A stretch of DNA of 64,000 bases, from positions 36,208,001-36,272,000 of the forward strand of contig NC_043010.1 in assembly GCF_006345805.1 (NCBI RefSeq), given 5' to 3'. The DNA comes from Octopus sinensis. Its lineage: Eukaryota. The position numbers and the translations under genes were made by a program. A model generated the notes under the pieces. The model worked only from the letters and a program-made list of their open reading frames with translations. It did no database searches and was not told the origin of the DNA. Shown here piece after piece: positions 51,957-64,000 of this stretch (position 1 is its first letter; each line of letters begins with the position of its first letter).

Positions 51957-54900
51957 TACGTTTATGAATCTGTGTTGCAAGATATCTGATGTGAAAATGT
52001 GTGTTGAAACAGATATTCTTGTATTTTGGGATGATTTTTTTTTTTGCCAAATAAACACATGCTCTACATATTCGTTCTTCACTTCCATTGACCGAAAGTC
52101 TTTTGTCACACACCTGTGACCTCTTCAGTGACACTTTCTGTCCTTATGCATGCTCCGGTTTCTTAAATATTACTCACAGCATAAGTCAATGGTCAACCCA
52201 AAAGACATCTGCAGATCTGCACCAAATTCCTTGCAGTGAGATCATACTTGGAATGATATGGCTGCAGAGCAAACTTCTTCACTGACCACTCAACTGTACC
52301 CGTGTTATGAGTTCAAACCCGTCCCCAAATCAACTTTACCCTTATCAAAAATGGAGACAGGGTATGTTATTAGATCATCAACAGTAACATACTAGATTCA
52401 GTTCAGCCTGCTATGCCATACTCCATTATAGAAAATTTGCTTCCTGTCTCTTGTCTAGTTAATAGAAAATTACCATTAACTCGACTTACATAACAGATTA
52501 CATTGTTTTGAAATTTAGTTTTTGATAGATTTAGCCTATCTCCTCCCTACCACTACTCTGTGAAATTTGATGTAGTAAGGCACATGAATACATCAGAGTA
52601 AGAATAAACTACATATTTATTACAGATTTGTGATTTTATGTGAATTTTTATGGGTTTTTTTTTTTTACTTTACTACTTTTATTACCCCCACCCCCACCCC
52701 ACCAGCTTGAAATTTCAAATTTCAGCTGTCTTTAGTAATATTAATTGGAAGATGGTAGCAGACTTGAATTAAAAAAAAAAAATTCTTCAGAAGTGAAATT
52801 AATGTTCAATTAAAAAAAAAAAGGAAAAAATAATTTTTTTTCCCTTTTAAAATTAAAAAAAAGATTAAAAAAAAAAAATTCATATTTGAGTTGAGATTTC
52901 TTTCTCTATCAGGCAATTGTTCTTTCTTGATGTTGGGTTTATGAAAACACTTCCGGGTTTTATGAAATTGGAATTTCCAGTTGAAAAAGGAGCTGTAGGT
53001 GGGTGGTTTTCTGATAAAGGGAGGAACGACAGATGCCAGTCATAATTCCCATTCCATCCTTGCTATTTACAAATGGCTATGTCTATATGTGTTTCTCTTC
53101 TACTAACAAACTTTTCTTGCCTTTTGCAGAAAAGGCAGAAGAAATTCAGTACGTTAACCAGAAGGATTCGGTGTACACCCAGTCCACATCAATTAGTCAT
53201 TTTAAAATAACAAGGACAACAAATTACTAATCGGCGGAAATCCTTATTATCTTCATGAAAGAAAACGCATAATATATTTAGTTAATAGGCCCAAATTTAA
53301 GAGAATACAAAATTACATATCAAATAAACAACAACTCTGTTAGTTTCAATGATGAATATTCCAGAAAGAAGATCTATCATCTGAATTATCTACAGACTGA
53401 ATTATAGTATAAGTGGCTAAATATTATTCCACAGACACTTATACCCTTTAACATAATCATCAGGCAGAATTAGAATGTCCATTCATAATCTCCATCTGCC
53501 CAGTTTCACTCATATGGGGTCCACATGAGGTTATATGGTTAAAAAAAAACTTGGCCATCATGATCTGCATTAGGATTGAACTTGAGACCTCATGATTATG
53601 AAATCATCTTCTTAATCATTCGGCTATGTCATTGACAGTTTCATTTCTTTGCAGATATTTTATAACTCACTAAGAGGACATAGCTTTTGCTTGCCTCATG
53701 ACAAAGCTATTATATAATGTATGTATGTATGTTGTTGTTTAGCCCCAGGTGAGCAACCATTCCAACCATGATCATCCTGTACAGTTTCACCCAGGACCAA
53801 GAGGGGTAGGTTGTTATTTGTGGGATATTTAGCAGTTCAAGTGAATGCAAAGAGGCTCGAGTGTTGGCTTGTATATTAGGGTATATTTTTTTAATGGAGG
53901 AATGGCCACAGCATGAACTCATTTCTCTAGTTTAGAAATTTGCCTCTGTACAGCAGGGGGTGGGTCTTTATGAGATACAACTATTTATTAGTGCAGCATA
54001 TTGACTTTGTTCTGCTGTCATATCTCCTGAAAGCAAGATGGTTGACCGGGTACAGTTTTGGACCACGTGTTGTTGTGTTGTTATCTTTTATCTTTTACTT
54101 GTTTCACTCATTAGACTGTGGCCATACTGGGTCACTGCCTTGAATTTCTTGTCATATAAATTGACTCCAGTACATTTTTTTTAAAGCCTGGTACTTTTCC
54201 TATTGATCTCTTTTGCCAAACCAAGTTATGGAAATGTAAACACCAACACTGGTTTATCCCCGCCACCATCACCATCATGATGGTGGTGGGGATAAACACA
54301 CATGATGGGCTTCTTTCAGTTTCTGCCTACCAAATCCACTCTCTCTTAAGCTAGTGGTTGGTTCTTGTTTAGCATGGTCAAGCTGACCTGTAATCAAAAA
54401 CATTTTGACTATTACAAACCCATCTTTTCAAACATATTATCTCAGACTACATCATCCAATAATTCCTTCTCTGTTTTGAGAGAGATGGCTGTTATTTCTA
54501 GCAGGTTGGATGACCACGTAGAAGTCCCCCTTTGTTAGTTTGTGATGGCTGTTGGTTTGATGAGTGCTACATGTTGGTATAAAGATCATCATGCCCCTAC
54601 AGGATATCCCCTACCATGTGACCCTTTTGTCTGGTTTTAAAGGTGCCCCATCACTAGAAACATCTTCCCTTCTATTCAAAGAAGAAAAATTGAATGAAAG
54701 AAAGAGAAAAGTATAAGATACCAAAAAAATAGTGATTAGCACATCTTGTCTATCTAGTGTATCAGAATATAAAGGCTGCAGCTACCTTTTAGAAAATTTA
54801 CTTCTGGTTAGAAGAAGGGGGCGAAAAAATGGAAAGAAATCTTGGCATATACAGTAGAAATTGCATCAGTAGTAACTAGAGTACTAACAGCTAAATAACA

Positions 54901-57473
54901 GCCAATGATGGTGATATTGATGATGATGATGATGATAGCAATATAGTTTTATTTTATCAAAAGAAAAAGCTTCTGAATAAAATAAAAATAAAAGAAAAAA
55001 AAAGAGTATTTATTATTATTATTATTATTACTAGCGCTATTAATAGTAGTAGTAATTTGGTAGAACCAATAACAGCATGGACTACATTTATTTCTGTATT
55101 TAATAGTTTTTCTACTTTGAAATTCAAATGGTACTGGGGTTAACTTTGCTTTTCATCCCACTGGGTGTTGATAAAATGAAAACTAGTAATATGTCAATTC
55201 AATTGACTATATATCTCCTCCATTGCCAAAAAAAATCAATATATGCCACAGGCAAAAAAATAAATAAAATAACATATAAAATAAAAAAGAAAGAAAGAAA
55301 AAGAAAAATGTCTGAAAATACTGAACTAACTGAAATGGTTGCAAGCATGGCATTCGAAATACTTTATAGTATTAAAGTTATCTTTCTCTTGATTGCTAGT
55401 TCAAAACCTGCTGAAGTTTTGCTTTGCTTTTCATCTAGATGTAAAACAATAATTATCTTTGAGAAACCGGGGGCTCATTCAGTCTTTTTTTCCTTCTTTT
55501 TTTTTAACCCCTGGCATAATATTAACCTAGAGTTTAAGTAATCCATATTGCTCGTATTGATGTGTCACTGAAAATTTGATTTTTTTTTTTTTTTTTTTTA
55601 TCTCTATTGGAAGACACATTTCTGGCAATTACTTGCATCTGATTCGCTCTTGATTTGATCTTTGCCGTAATGGAAAGCTTTTACCATTTGGAATGTTAAA
55701 AATGAAATGGTGGATTGATAAAGTATTGGGTTTTCTTACTCCTGGAAGCCAGGTTTACAGCTGAAGGCAATCCAGAGCTACATGTTACAACCTAGGTACA
55801 TGACAAAACGCCTGTATTGGATTTGAACTCAACAGAATTTCAGGCGGTGGCATTCAGATAGCCACTAACAGCTATGGCGGGCATTGCTCTTCTAACAAGA
55901 ATAATACATGACTGTCTAGATGCAGATCCCTGTTTTTCCAAAGCTAAGGGATGCCACATTTTTGTGTGTGTATATAACATCTATGATTTTTATACCTTGT
56001 CAAATATGTCATGTAGCACCTTGTAGTTGATAATAAGGGGAAAATATTTGAAGCTGAATGAATGAATATAACCTGATGTATTATAATTAATTTCTTGTTT
56101 AATTTATCCTTTGTTAATTATTTTACTGCTACATCCAACTTAATTTATAATGAAACCAGAGATTAAAAATTTTTTTTATCTGATTTTTTTTTTTGTATTT
56201 TACTTTGTTTCCATAACGTTCCCTTCTCTTTTTAATTTATATTTTCTTAATACACGTTTCTGAAACTTGCCTTATTTGTTGCGCACATAATAATGCAGTG
56301 GTTAATTAGATTAATTAATGCTGTTGCTAAAAATTTGTCATTAATGTCTTTAGTAAATGCATTTTTCTCTTTAAATTCTGATTTCAACTCTGCCTCCATG
56401 GTGATAAAATATGAAGAAGCTGTCAAAATCAGAGTTGATTTATTTGTCTATACTCACGCCTTCACTTGTTTAAATACAAAGATACAAGAAGGAACATTAA
56501 CATGTGTGCTTGTTATTGTGGCATATGTCATAGGAGTTTAGTGAAAACCCCAGTGAATGGAGTAGTTGTTTAGCCCCCGATCAGCCCCATTTTATCCTTC
56601 TTCATTCTGTCCTCTCGTATCTTCGAACCACAATATTAAACGTGTAGTTTTCCTCTTTTTGAAGCACAGTGTAATTTGACGAAAATTTGGCTGCTATTTT
56701 TAGCAAGATCAACAGTTTCTTTGTTATCGTTGTCCTTTCACCCGGCTTAACGCACCTGTCGCAAGCCATAAATAAACCCAGTAGTTATGGTTGTTTGTTT
56801 ATGTGTTTATTTATTCTGAATGTATTTATTTTAGTATGTAACTGCTCTAGATTTCTTGATGAGTAATCCTCACACCACCGGACATTGTTGAGAGTGCTCT
56901 TCCCTGCGCTGACGGTGTTGTTTACGTGGACAACTCGTGGAAAAAGTTACATGCGAAGCAAGCCATTTAGAAATTTTAGGATCTGAGTAAACATAAATTC
57001 TCAAGTTTTCTTTTTTCTTTTTTTTTGTTCTACAAAAATACTTACTCGGCGGATCCACTAGGTTTCCACAAGGCCACTATGCATTTGAATAAGAAACCAT
57101 TCGTAGTTGAGCATAAAAGGATTTAAGAATATTTGGGACTTTGTACATAAAAAACACACACATGACTTTGTATATAAAGGTAGTGTATATAAATATCTTG
57201 TGAGAAATTCTCTAAGTTAAAAAAAAAAAAAAAAGGAAAATGAGTGGGAGATAGAAAGAAAAAATTAGTCTGTCGTGAGTATCTCATACGAGAACCTATA
57301 AGATTAAGGTTATAATTTTCCGGACTACAGTTTGCTAAAATTTTGTGGTGATAAGGTGGTTTTTATTAATACAGTTTATTTTAATTATTTGTTTATTTTC
57401 ATGTACATGTCCACCTCCCCATTTGAAGTCATTCCTCTGTGGAGATATCAGCTTTGCTGCGGAACACAACACG

Positions 57474-57506
57474 ATGGCTACAGCGTGGCTTGAACTGACG
57501 TCTCTC
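57474..57506 (+). CDS. Candidate first coding exon (MATAWLELTSL)
   Basis: ACGATGG start context, CTC|GTGAGT donor, CpG-rich surroundings; no downstream exon could be linked. Confidence 0.2.
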
Positions 57507-58207
57507 GTGAGTCACAACAGCATAGCTTCAGGCATTGTTGGCTGTACCTATTTAGCTAGCTATTGTGTCCCCGCAAACACTTTTATGAGTGTGTTTTTAT
57601 CATGATTTCTAACATTAGAAATAACCATCTCCCTCTGGAGTGGAAAGACAGGGCTGAACAACTAGAGCCAATTAACTATTGTTACTTAGTTCACAGTGTG
57701 CGTGTGTTTTGGGAGATTTAATAAGTTTTAGCGGGGGGGGGGACTTAATAAGGTGCAGCCTTTTATGAAAGGTAAACATGTTTGTTTTGGTGGTGCCGGT
57801 AGACTGGGAGGCGGAATGTCATGATTTGTGCTGGAGATATGTGTACATGTTCCCCTTTCTTCCTCTGTTTTTCTTTCCTCAAGACAGATACGTTCCACTC
57901 TTTATGTGCAAAATATACACTCTCTCTCACTCTGTTATACATATTTCCTTCCCGCCTTTATCTGTCTTAATTTCACTTTAAACATACACGCGCCTCTCTC
58001 TCTCTCACACACACACACAGAGCATATTTGCACTTCCATCGCTCCTCCAAAAATGACAGTGATAAATTCTGCTTTGATATTTCTTACGCTTTAGTTTTTA
58101 TTGCATATTTTGAACTCCTGTCATTTCTGTAATGCATTGCCAATAGACATCACTGCTACACGCTCACACACGCGGACGCGTGCACACAGCTTTATTATAT
58201 AAATTGT

Positions 58208-58450
58208 AGAAGTATCGAAGGCGGCGAGCTGGCAGAAACGTTAGCACGCCGGGCGAAATGCGTTGCCGTATTTCGTCTGCCGTTACGTTCCGAGTTCAAA
58301 TTCCGCCGAGGTCGACTTTACCTTTCATCCTTCCGGAGTCGATAAATTAAGTACCAGTTACGCACTGGGGTCGATGTAATCGACTTAATCCCTTTGTCTG
58401 TCCTTGTTTGTCTCCTCTGTGTTTAGCCCCTTGTGGGTAGTAAAGAAATA
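58208..58450 (+). mobile_element. SINE family A, young-looking full-length copy with 12-bp TSD
   Basis: TATATAAATTGT at 58196-58207 and 58451-58462; B-box-like GAGTTCAAATTCC; CpGs retained. Many decayed relatives occur at ~2.3-3.3 kb, 12.4-13.3 kb and 41.3 kb. Confidence 0.85.
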
Positions 58451-58809
58451 TATATAAATTGTTACAGTATAGATTATTAATGCACACACACATAAAATCC
58501 TACGTGGGTATGCTCATGTTATGCATCTATGTTTATATCAGCATTATTGTAGGTATACAGTTGGAAAGTAATAAGAAAATTTAACTACAAACACACACAC
58601 ACACACGCGCACGCGAGCATATTTTTTTAATTAAATAATCGTTTATAATTTATGGTTGGCGCAACTTCCCAACGCTCAGCGGAATAACGGTGTTGGAAAT
58701 TCTGAGTAACTTGTGTTCTAACTTGTTGGTAAAATAGAAAGAGAGAATCACTCTACACATGTATACATGTATGTACATGCAAGAAATATACCATGTTATG
58801 TATATAATT

Positions 58810-59055
58810 TGACTGCAGCCATGCTGGAGCACCGCCATGGAGGGTTTTAGTCAAACAAATGACTCCAGGACTTTTTAAGAGCCTAGTACTTATTCTATCG
58901 GGGATTATAAAAGCACCATCACCGGTTGTCAAGCTGTTACGGGATGGGGCGGGGGGGGGGAAATACACACGACGGGCTCTTTGCCGAACCGCTAAGTTAC
59001 GGGAACGCAAACACACCAACATCGGATGTCAAGGCGATGGTAGGGGGACGAACAC
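58810..59055 (+). mobile_element. Interspersed repeat family D (SINE-like)
   Basis: GCCATGCTGG...TTTAGTC...GTACTTATT...AAGTTACGGG...AAACACACCAAC; related copies at ~3870-4040, 54090-54300, 60280-60430 and 62503-62700. Confidence 0.65.
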
Positions 59056-59257
59056 ACACACGGCTGGCATCTTTCAGTTTCTGTCTACCAAATCCACTCA
59101 CAAAGCTTTGATCTGCCCGAGGTGTCACGCAGTGGGACTGAACCCTAAACTGTGTGGTTGGGAAGCAAGCTTCCTACCATGCAGCCACTTCTATAATATA
59201 TATATATATATATATCCTGCACGCATTTTTTTTCTCTCCTTGTTTCTTTTCTGTGTA

Positions 59258-59295
59258 TCTTTCTGTTGAAGAGCGTAGGCTCGAAACGTAAAAGA
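59258..59295 (+). ncRNA. Minimal hammerhead-like motif with variant core (CUGUUGA)
   Basis: TCTTT-CTGTTGA-A-GAGC GTAG GCTC-GAAAC-GTA-AAAGA; perfect stems I and II, palindromic ACGT stem III; lies between (TA)n tracts. Confidence 0.55.
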
Positions 59296-59395
59296 CTTGT
59301 TTTATTTCTATTCCTGAGCGCCATACTAATACAATTGTTTGTTTGTATTCCACCTGCCTTCGTCTTTTGTTTATTTTCATAAAGCTTCCCGTTAT

Positions 59396-59453
<58 letters not shown>

Positions 59454-60599
59454 ACTTAAAATGGTAAACAAATTTATCATAGACCTATTAATGATGGCGA
59501 TGGTGATGATGAATTATATAGGTGGCAATCTGAATGATTATGATCTTTTGTCTTAAGTAATTTAAAACTTCAACTTGTTTGTGAAGTAACCTACATATTT
59601 GAGTTGTTTTTGACGTATGCTCTATATTTTAGAGACCACAAGGGTAGTCAATATGTTGTAGAAATGTTTTTGTCAAGATGCAGCGCGCACGCCAATTAAT
59701 GTGTTACGCGCGCGTGTGTGTGCGTGAGAAATTTTCTGTGACTACGGTTTCTATGTATAAAAAAAGAAGCTAGAAAAGGAATTGTTTTTATAAAAAATGC
59801 GATTAGGTTTTGTGTCACAAGGCGTCACTTAACGATCCGATAAAACCACCAGAATGAAATGTGTATTGAGCCCTGTGTAAGTCTTGAAGGCATTTTCGAA
59901 GTGTGGTCGTATTTCAACGACTGATAGCTTTAACAGAGTAAATTTTTCGTTTTTGTATTTGGCTTGCAAGATTCTTGATGAGAACTCGTGTGTTGAAACA
60001 AACTTTGTATCTTGGTTGGGTCATTACGCCAATAATAACGCACTCGTTCAAATTCACTTCTTTAATATTAGCGAGTCGGTTATTTAACTAAGCGATGGCT
60101 TGTTCAAGAAGACGGTTAATCAATTAATCACTTATTTGCCGTAGTTCTTTCGTCGCCATTCGCCATCTTATAAATGACATGGCCTCTCTCCTCCGAGCGC
60201 TGGAACATTTATTTTGAACTTAACTCTTTTCTTTATTTCTTCTCTCTCTCCTGGTCTCTCTCTTACTTTTTTTTTTACTTGTTTCAATCATCTAACTGTG
60301 ACCATGCAATTCTAAGGGTAGCAACTATCGACAGTTAATGTGGCGAAATGCTAAGTTTCGGGGACATAACCAAAGTGCCTTCTCTCGTGCGGTGAAACGT
60401 GCAGCCAAACATGGGGACAGACACGCACTAACATACTTGCTTGCAAACACATACACACACAACGGGCTGTGACAGTTTCTCTCTACTAAATTCACTCACA
60501 AGGTATTGGCCTGCTCGGTTCTTTAGCAGAAGACATGACCAAAGTGCCGCGCAATGAAACTGAACTCAAAATCAGGTTTCTTAATTACAAAGCCACACC

Positions 60600-60767
60600 T
60601 ATATATATATAAACATTCTATACACACACACACACACACACGCAAATATAAACATTTTCTATATATATTCTCTCTTTATATATAAACATTCTCTCCCTCT
60701 CTTTTATAAATATACATACATACATTATATTTATATATAAACATTTTCTCTATATAAATAAACATTC

Positions 60768-60861
<94 letters not shown>

Positions 60862-60886
60862 CATTTTCTCTCTATATAAATAATAT

Positions 60887-60943
<57 letters not shown>

Positions 60944-60960
60944 ATATTATATAAACATTC
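60600..60960. repeat. Compound minisatellite: (TA)n/(TC)n tracts punctuated by TAAACATT(T)(T)CT
   Basis: The AAACATT motif recurs about 7 times between dinucleotide tracts. Confidence 0.8.
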
Positions 60961-61679
60961 TGTATAAAATTGAATTGCCTAAATTTCAATAATCAAGAGT
61001 GTTTGCATTCGTAATTTTGCTTAACAGTTCCATTGCACTGATCATTTGGTTGGCCTTTTAAAGAACTATTGTTCTTACATCTATTGAACTAGCAAACTTT
61101 CAGCAGTAAGTGCCAAACTCCAAGGCCTCTGACTTGTGGGAATATTTTCCTTATCAGTTTGTTCATTGATAAAGCAATTACCGAACCAGAAATTTTTTTC
61201 TTTTTGTTCCTCCCCAACATTTTTCAATACACAGTCAATTGCAACATGCGAATATCGATATTCATAATTACATATAACTCCCATATTTCAACATGTGCAA
61301 TATGTCCCAGCATTGTTCATTGTCCACGAATGAACAAGAGAGAGCATTAGGTACCTTCTCGCGACTCGAATTTCATGCCACAGCGATCGTCAGGCCAGAA
61401 CTCCTCTCTCTCTCTCTCTCTTTCACACACACACACTCTCTATCTCTGTTTAATTTCCCATATCTATTGGAAATTAAAAGGACCAAGATATGGTGTTAGG
61501 AGCTAAGCTGAGACCGAAGCGTACCCATACTTTTTCTTTTCTTTTCCTAAGCTTATTTATTCAACTGTGAAATTCTTAAAAATTACATATTGCCATCTCA
61601 TTCTGAGTCATTAACAGTTCGTACCACAAATATTTTCTTTCTTCAAATTTTAGTAAAGGATATACACTATCGTGTACGT

Positions 61680-61763
61680 CAGGCATGGGCAAACCTTTTT
61701 GTGAAGCACGTCACGTGAGATATGACTCATTAGCAGGAGGGCTGCGTAGTTTGCCCATGACTT
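61680..61763. mobile_element. 84-bp hAT-type MITE
   Basis: TIRs CAGGCATGGGCAAAC / GTTTGCCCATGACTT; 8-bp flanks GTGTACGT and GTGTGCAT (6/8). Confidence 0.7.
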
Positions 61764-63782
61764 GTGTGCATCATTCAGTACACCCGTTCTCCTTTATCTC
61801 AGAGACAGGGATCAAATTGTTGCCCACAGCCACCAGCTCCGTCGCGTGACTTTTACAGGCCCCCTGCAACCTATTGTTTTGAGGTCCCATCCCTTCAAGC
61901 AAAATTCATAATCTACGCACCTTTTATTCATAGCTATATTTTACTTCTATTTGAAGTTCAATATTTCACGTTATCCTAAAGAACATCTTTAAAGGTACAA
62001 GTTAAAATTATTTATGTCGATTGCAAATTTCAATAAGTAAAAATCCCAGATATGAATAGAAGAGCACTTTTATAAACCAGGCAACTTTCAAAGACAAACA
62101 CGGTGCACTTATCGCTTCGCGAAATCATCGATTACTTCAGAATAATCAAGCTGAGAGCTAAGTTCGTGTTCAATTGATATCATAGGCAATACACAAAGTC
62201 TGGTACACGTAAGTGGTACAATGTAATATTTTTTTCAAAAACTTTTGCAGGTACACTGTATTGCTATTTTATCTCTTGAAATATTCAGTTAACATAGTTT
62301 AATTCTTGTTTAACATCTTAACCAAAGTAAATAGAGGGCTTATCTACGTACTTTGATTTCAACATGGGGCCCCTCAACTGCAGAGAACCCCTGCGACCGC
62401 AGGGGTTTAGCGACGCCCCTGATAGTCACTAATCCTTTCAAATCAAACATAAATTTTTAACTTCTTGAAATTACGTCCCAGTGTTTTATTTTTTATTCGT
62501 TTGTCATTTGGCCGCGGTCATGCTGGGGCATTGCCTTGCGGAACTTTTAGTTGAATGAATCGATGCTAGTACGTTTTTAAAAACCTGGTACTTATTATAG
62601 CTGTCACTTTTACCGAACTGTTCAGTTACGGGGACGTAAACACACCAACACCGACTGCCGAACAGTGGTGGTGGGCATACACAGACACAACGACACTTAC
62701 TCAAACATAGGATCTAGTCTTTTTCATTCGCAAAATGAGCCTCCTTTAATTTTGCTCTGCTTGCTTTCAATGTTGGTGTATCGATGCACCAACCAATTAC
62801 TTCATCTCTTTAATTAAATGAATCAGATGATATTTGGAATTAAAGTTGGGAAATTTGGATAATTTTAGCCAATCAACAGACAGTGAGACATTAACAGCTT
62901 GTTACCACGACAACCACATGTTGTGTTGATTCTTCACTCCACGAGATTTACTTCACCTGCGTGTTTCGTTTCAATAAAAATTTATATTTATATTAGAATT
63001 TTATGATAGATATTTTTCGTCAATTGTCTTAATATTTTTCATATAGCAAAAGTTGTTTGCGATGTCTATACAGTTTCTTGGCATTATGAAGGTGAATGGA
63101 ATATGCGAACTTAGTACAGATAATTTGACATTATTTTTGAATTCTGCATGCAAAAACATATAAGATACAAATATTATTTTTATTGGAACAAATTCTTTGT
63201 TGACCAGTGTTATTCTTATCGTAGTTTACAAATCCAAGCATGAAAACGTTACTCAGCTGTGAAGTTTTGGAGACAGACGTCCTCTTTTCACACGCGCTCT
63301 CGCTTATATAAATGATTTGTACAAATACATGACAGGTATACATAATACTGCAGCAATACGCATAAAGTAAACAAACACATGCAGACAAATATTAATGACA
63401 AATTTAATGAATAATAAAAACATATAATCAATGAAGAGACAAAAGAAACAGTAAGATGATACATGTTGATTTTATTAGGTATTTCTGTTTATTTAGAAAC
63501 CTACAATGAACAGGTCATTTCACAGATGCTAAACTACAAATTTCACGGGGTACAACATTCAAGTTGACACCGCTCCGCTAAATACAGAAAATTTCTGCCA
63601 CGCTATTGGCTAAAAAATAGTTTTTTTTTTTATTTGTTTCTTCTCCACAGTATCATACCTTCATAGCAATTAGACTGGAAAACTATATTATTATAGCCGA
63701 TTTTCAGATTTTTCTTTACTGTCTTTTAAAAAGATATTTTGCGAATGACCCCACCCCCCAGATTCCAAACATATACACACAA

Positions 63783-63930
63783 TGGGCTTCTTTCAGTTTT
63801 CGCCTGCCACTCTCAAGACTTTGGTCGGCCGAGGCTATAGTTGAAGACACTTGCCTGAGGTGCCACGCAGTGGACTGAACTCGGAACCATGTGGTTGGGA
63901 AGCAAGCTTCTTACCACATAGGTACGCCTG
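63783..63930 (-). mobile_element. tRNA-derived SINE family B
   Basis: Minus strand GTGGTAAGAAGCTTGCTTCCCAACCACATGGTTCCGAGTTCAGTCC (A/B-box-like); copies at ~7672-7830, 22379-22536, 35178-35285 and 59060-59190. Confidence 0.75.
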
Positions 63931-64000
63931 CATCTTCAGTTAGGATATTGTTTCTCTTCTCTCTTCGCCAGGGAAATTTTGATAGACATTCGCTTCCATC

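Noticed and set aside
56860-56940. Minus-strand VSAGKSTLNN P-loop-like peptide and plus-strand DGVVYVD helicase-like peptide
   Set aside because: Both are bounded by stops, the first lacks the initial glycine, and only non-canonical GAG acceptors are available.

Overview
AT-rich eukaryotic non-coding DNA, dense in microsatellites and short interspersed repeats. The repeat complement looks like an octopus/cephalopod genome (inference from pattern recognition, not a database match). Essentially none of the supplied ORFs are credible genes; most are translated microsatellites or SINEs. Supported features: a decayed Helitron RepHel remnant (~9.9-11.7 kb, minus), an intact-ended non-autonomous Helitron, piggyBac-type and hAT-type MITEs, CR1-like RT scraps and several SINE-like families. 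Only tentative small exons of an unidentified host gene were found. The main result is a set of type I hammerhead-ribozyme (HHR) motifs. The best sits in a 433-bp insertion (1234-1666) made of a 366-bp monomer plus a 67-bp terminal redundancy, flanked by a 13-bp target-site duplication and folding into a rod around the HHR, which is the footprint expected of a retrotransposed circular-RNA retrozyme or Penelope-like derivative. Three fold-back elements (5.3-5.6, 34.9-35.1, 39.1-39.3 kb) and a minimal motif at 59.26 kb carry further HHR cores. CpG content appears to rise sharply near 56.6 kb (judged by eye). All structures were read and folded manually and need computational confirmation.
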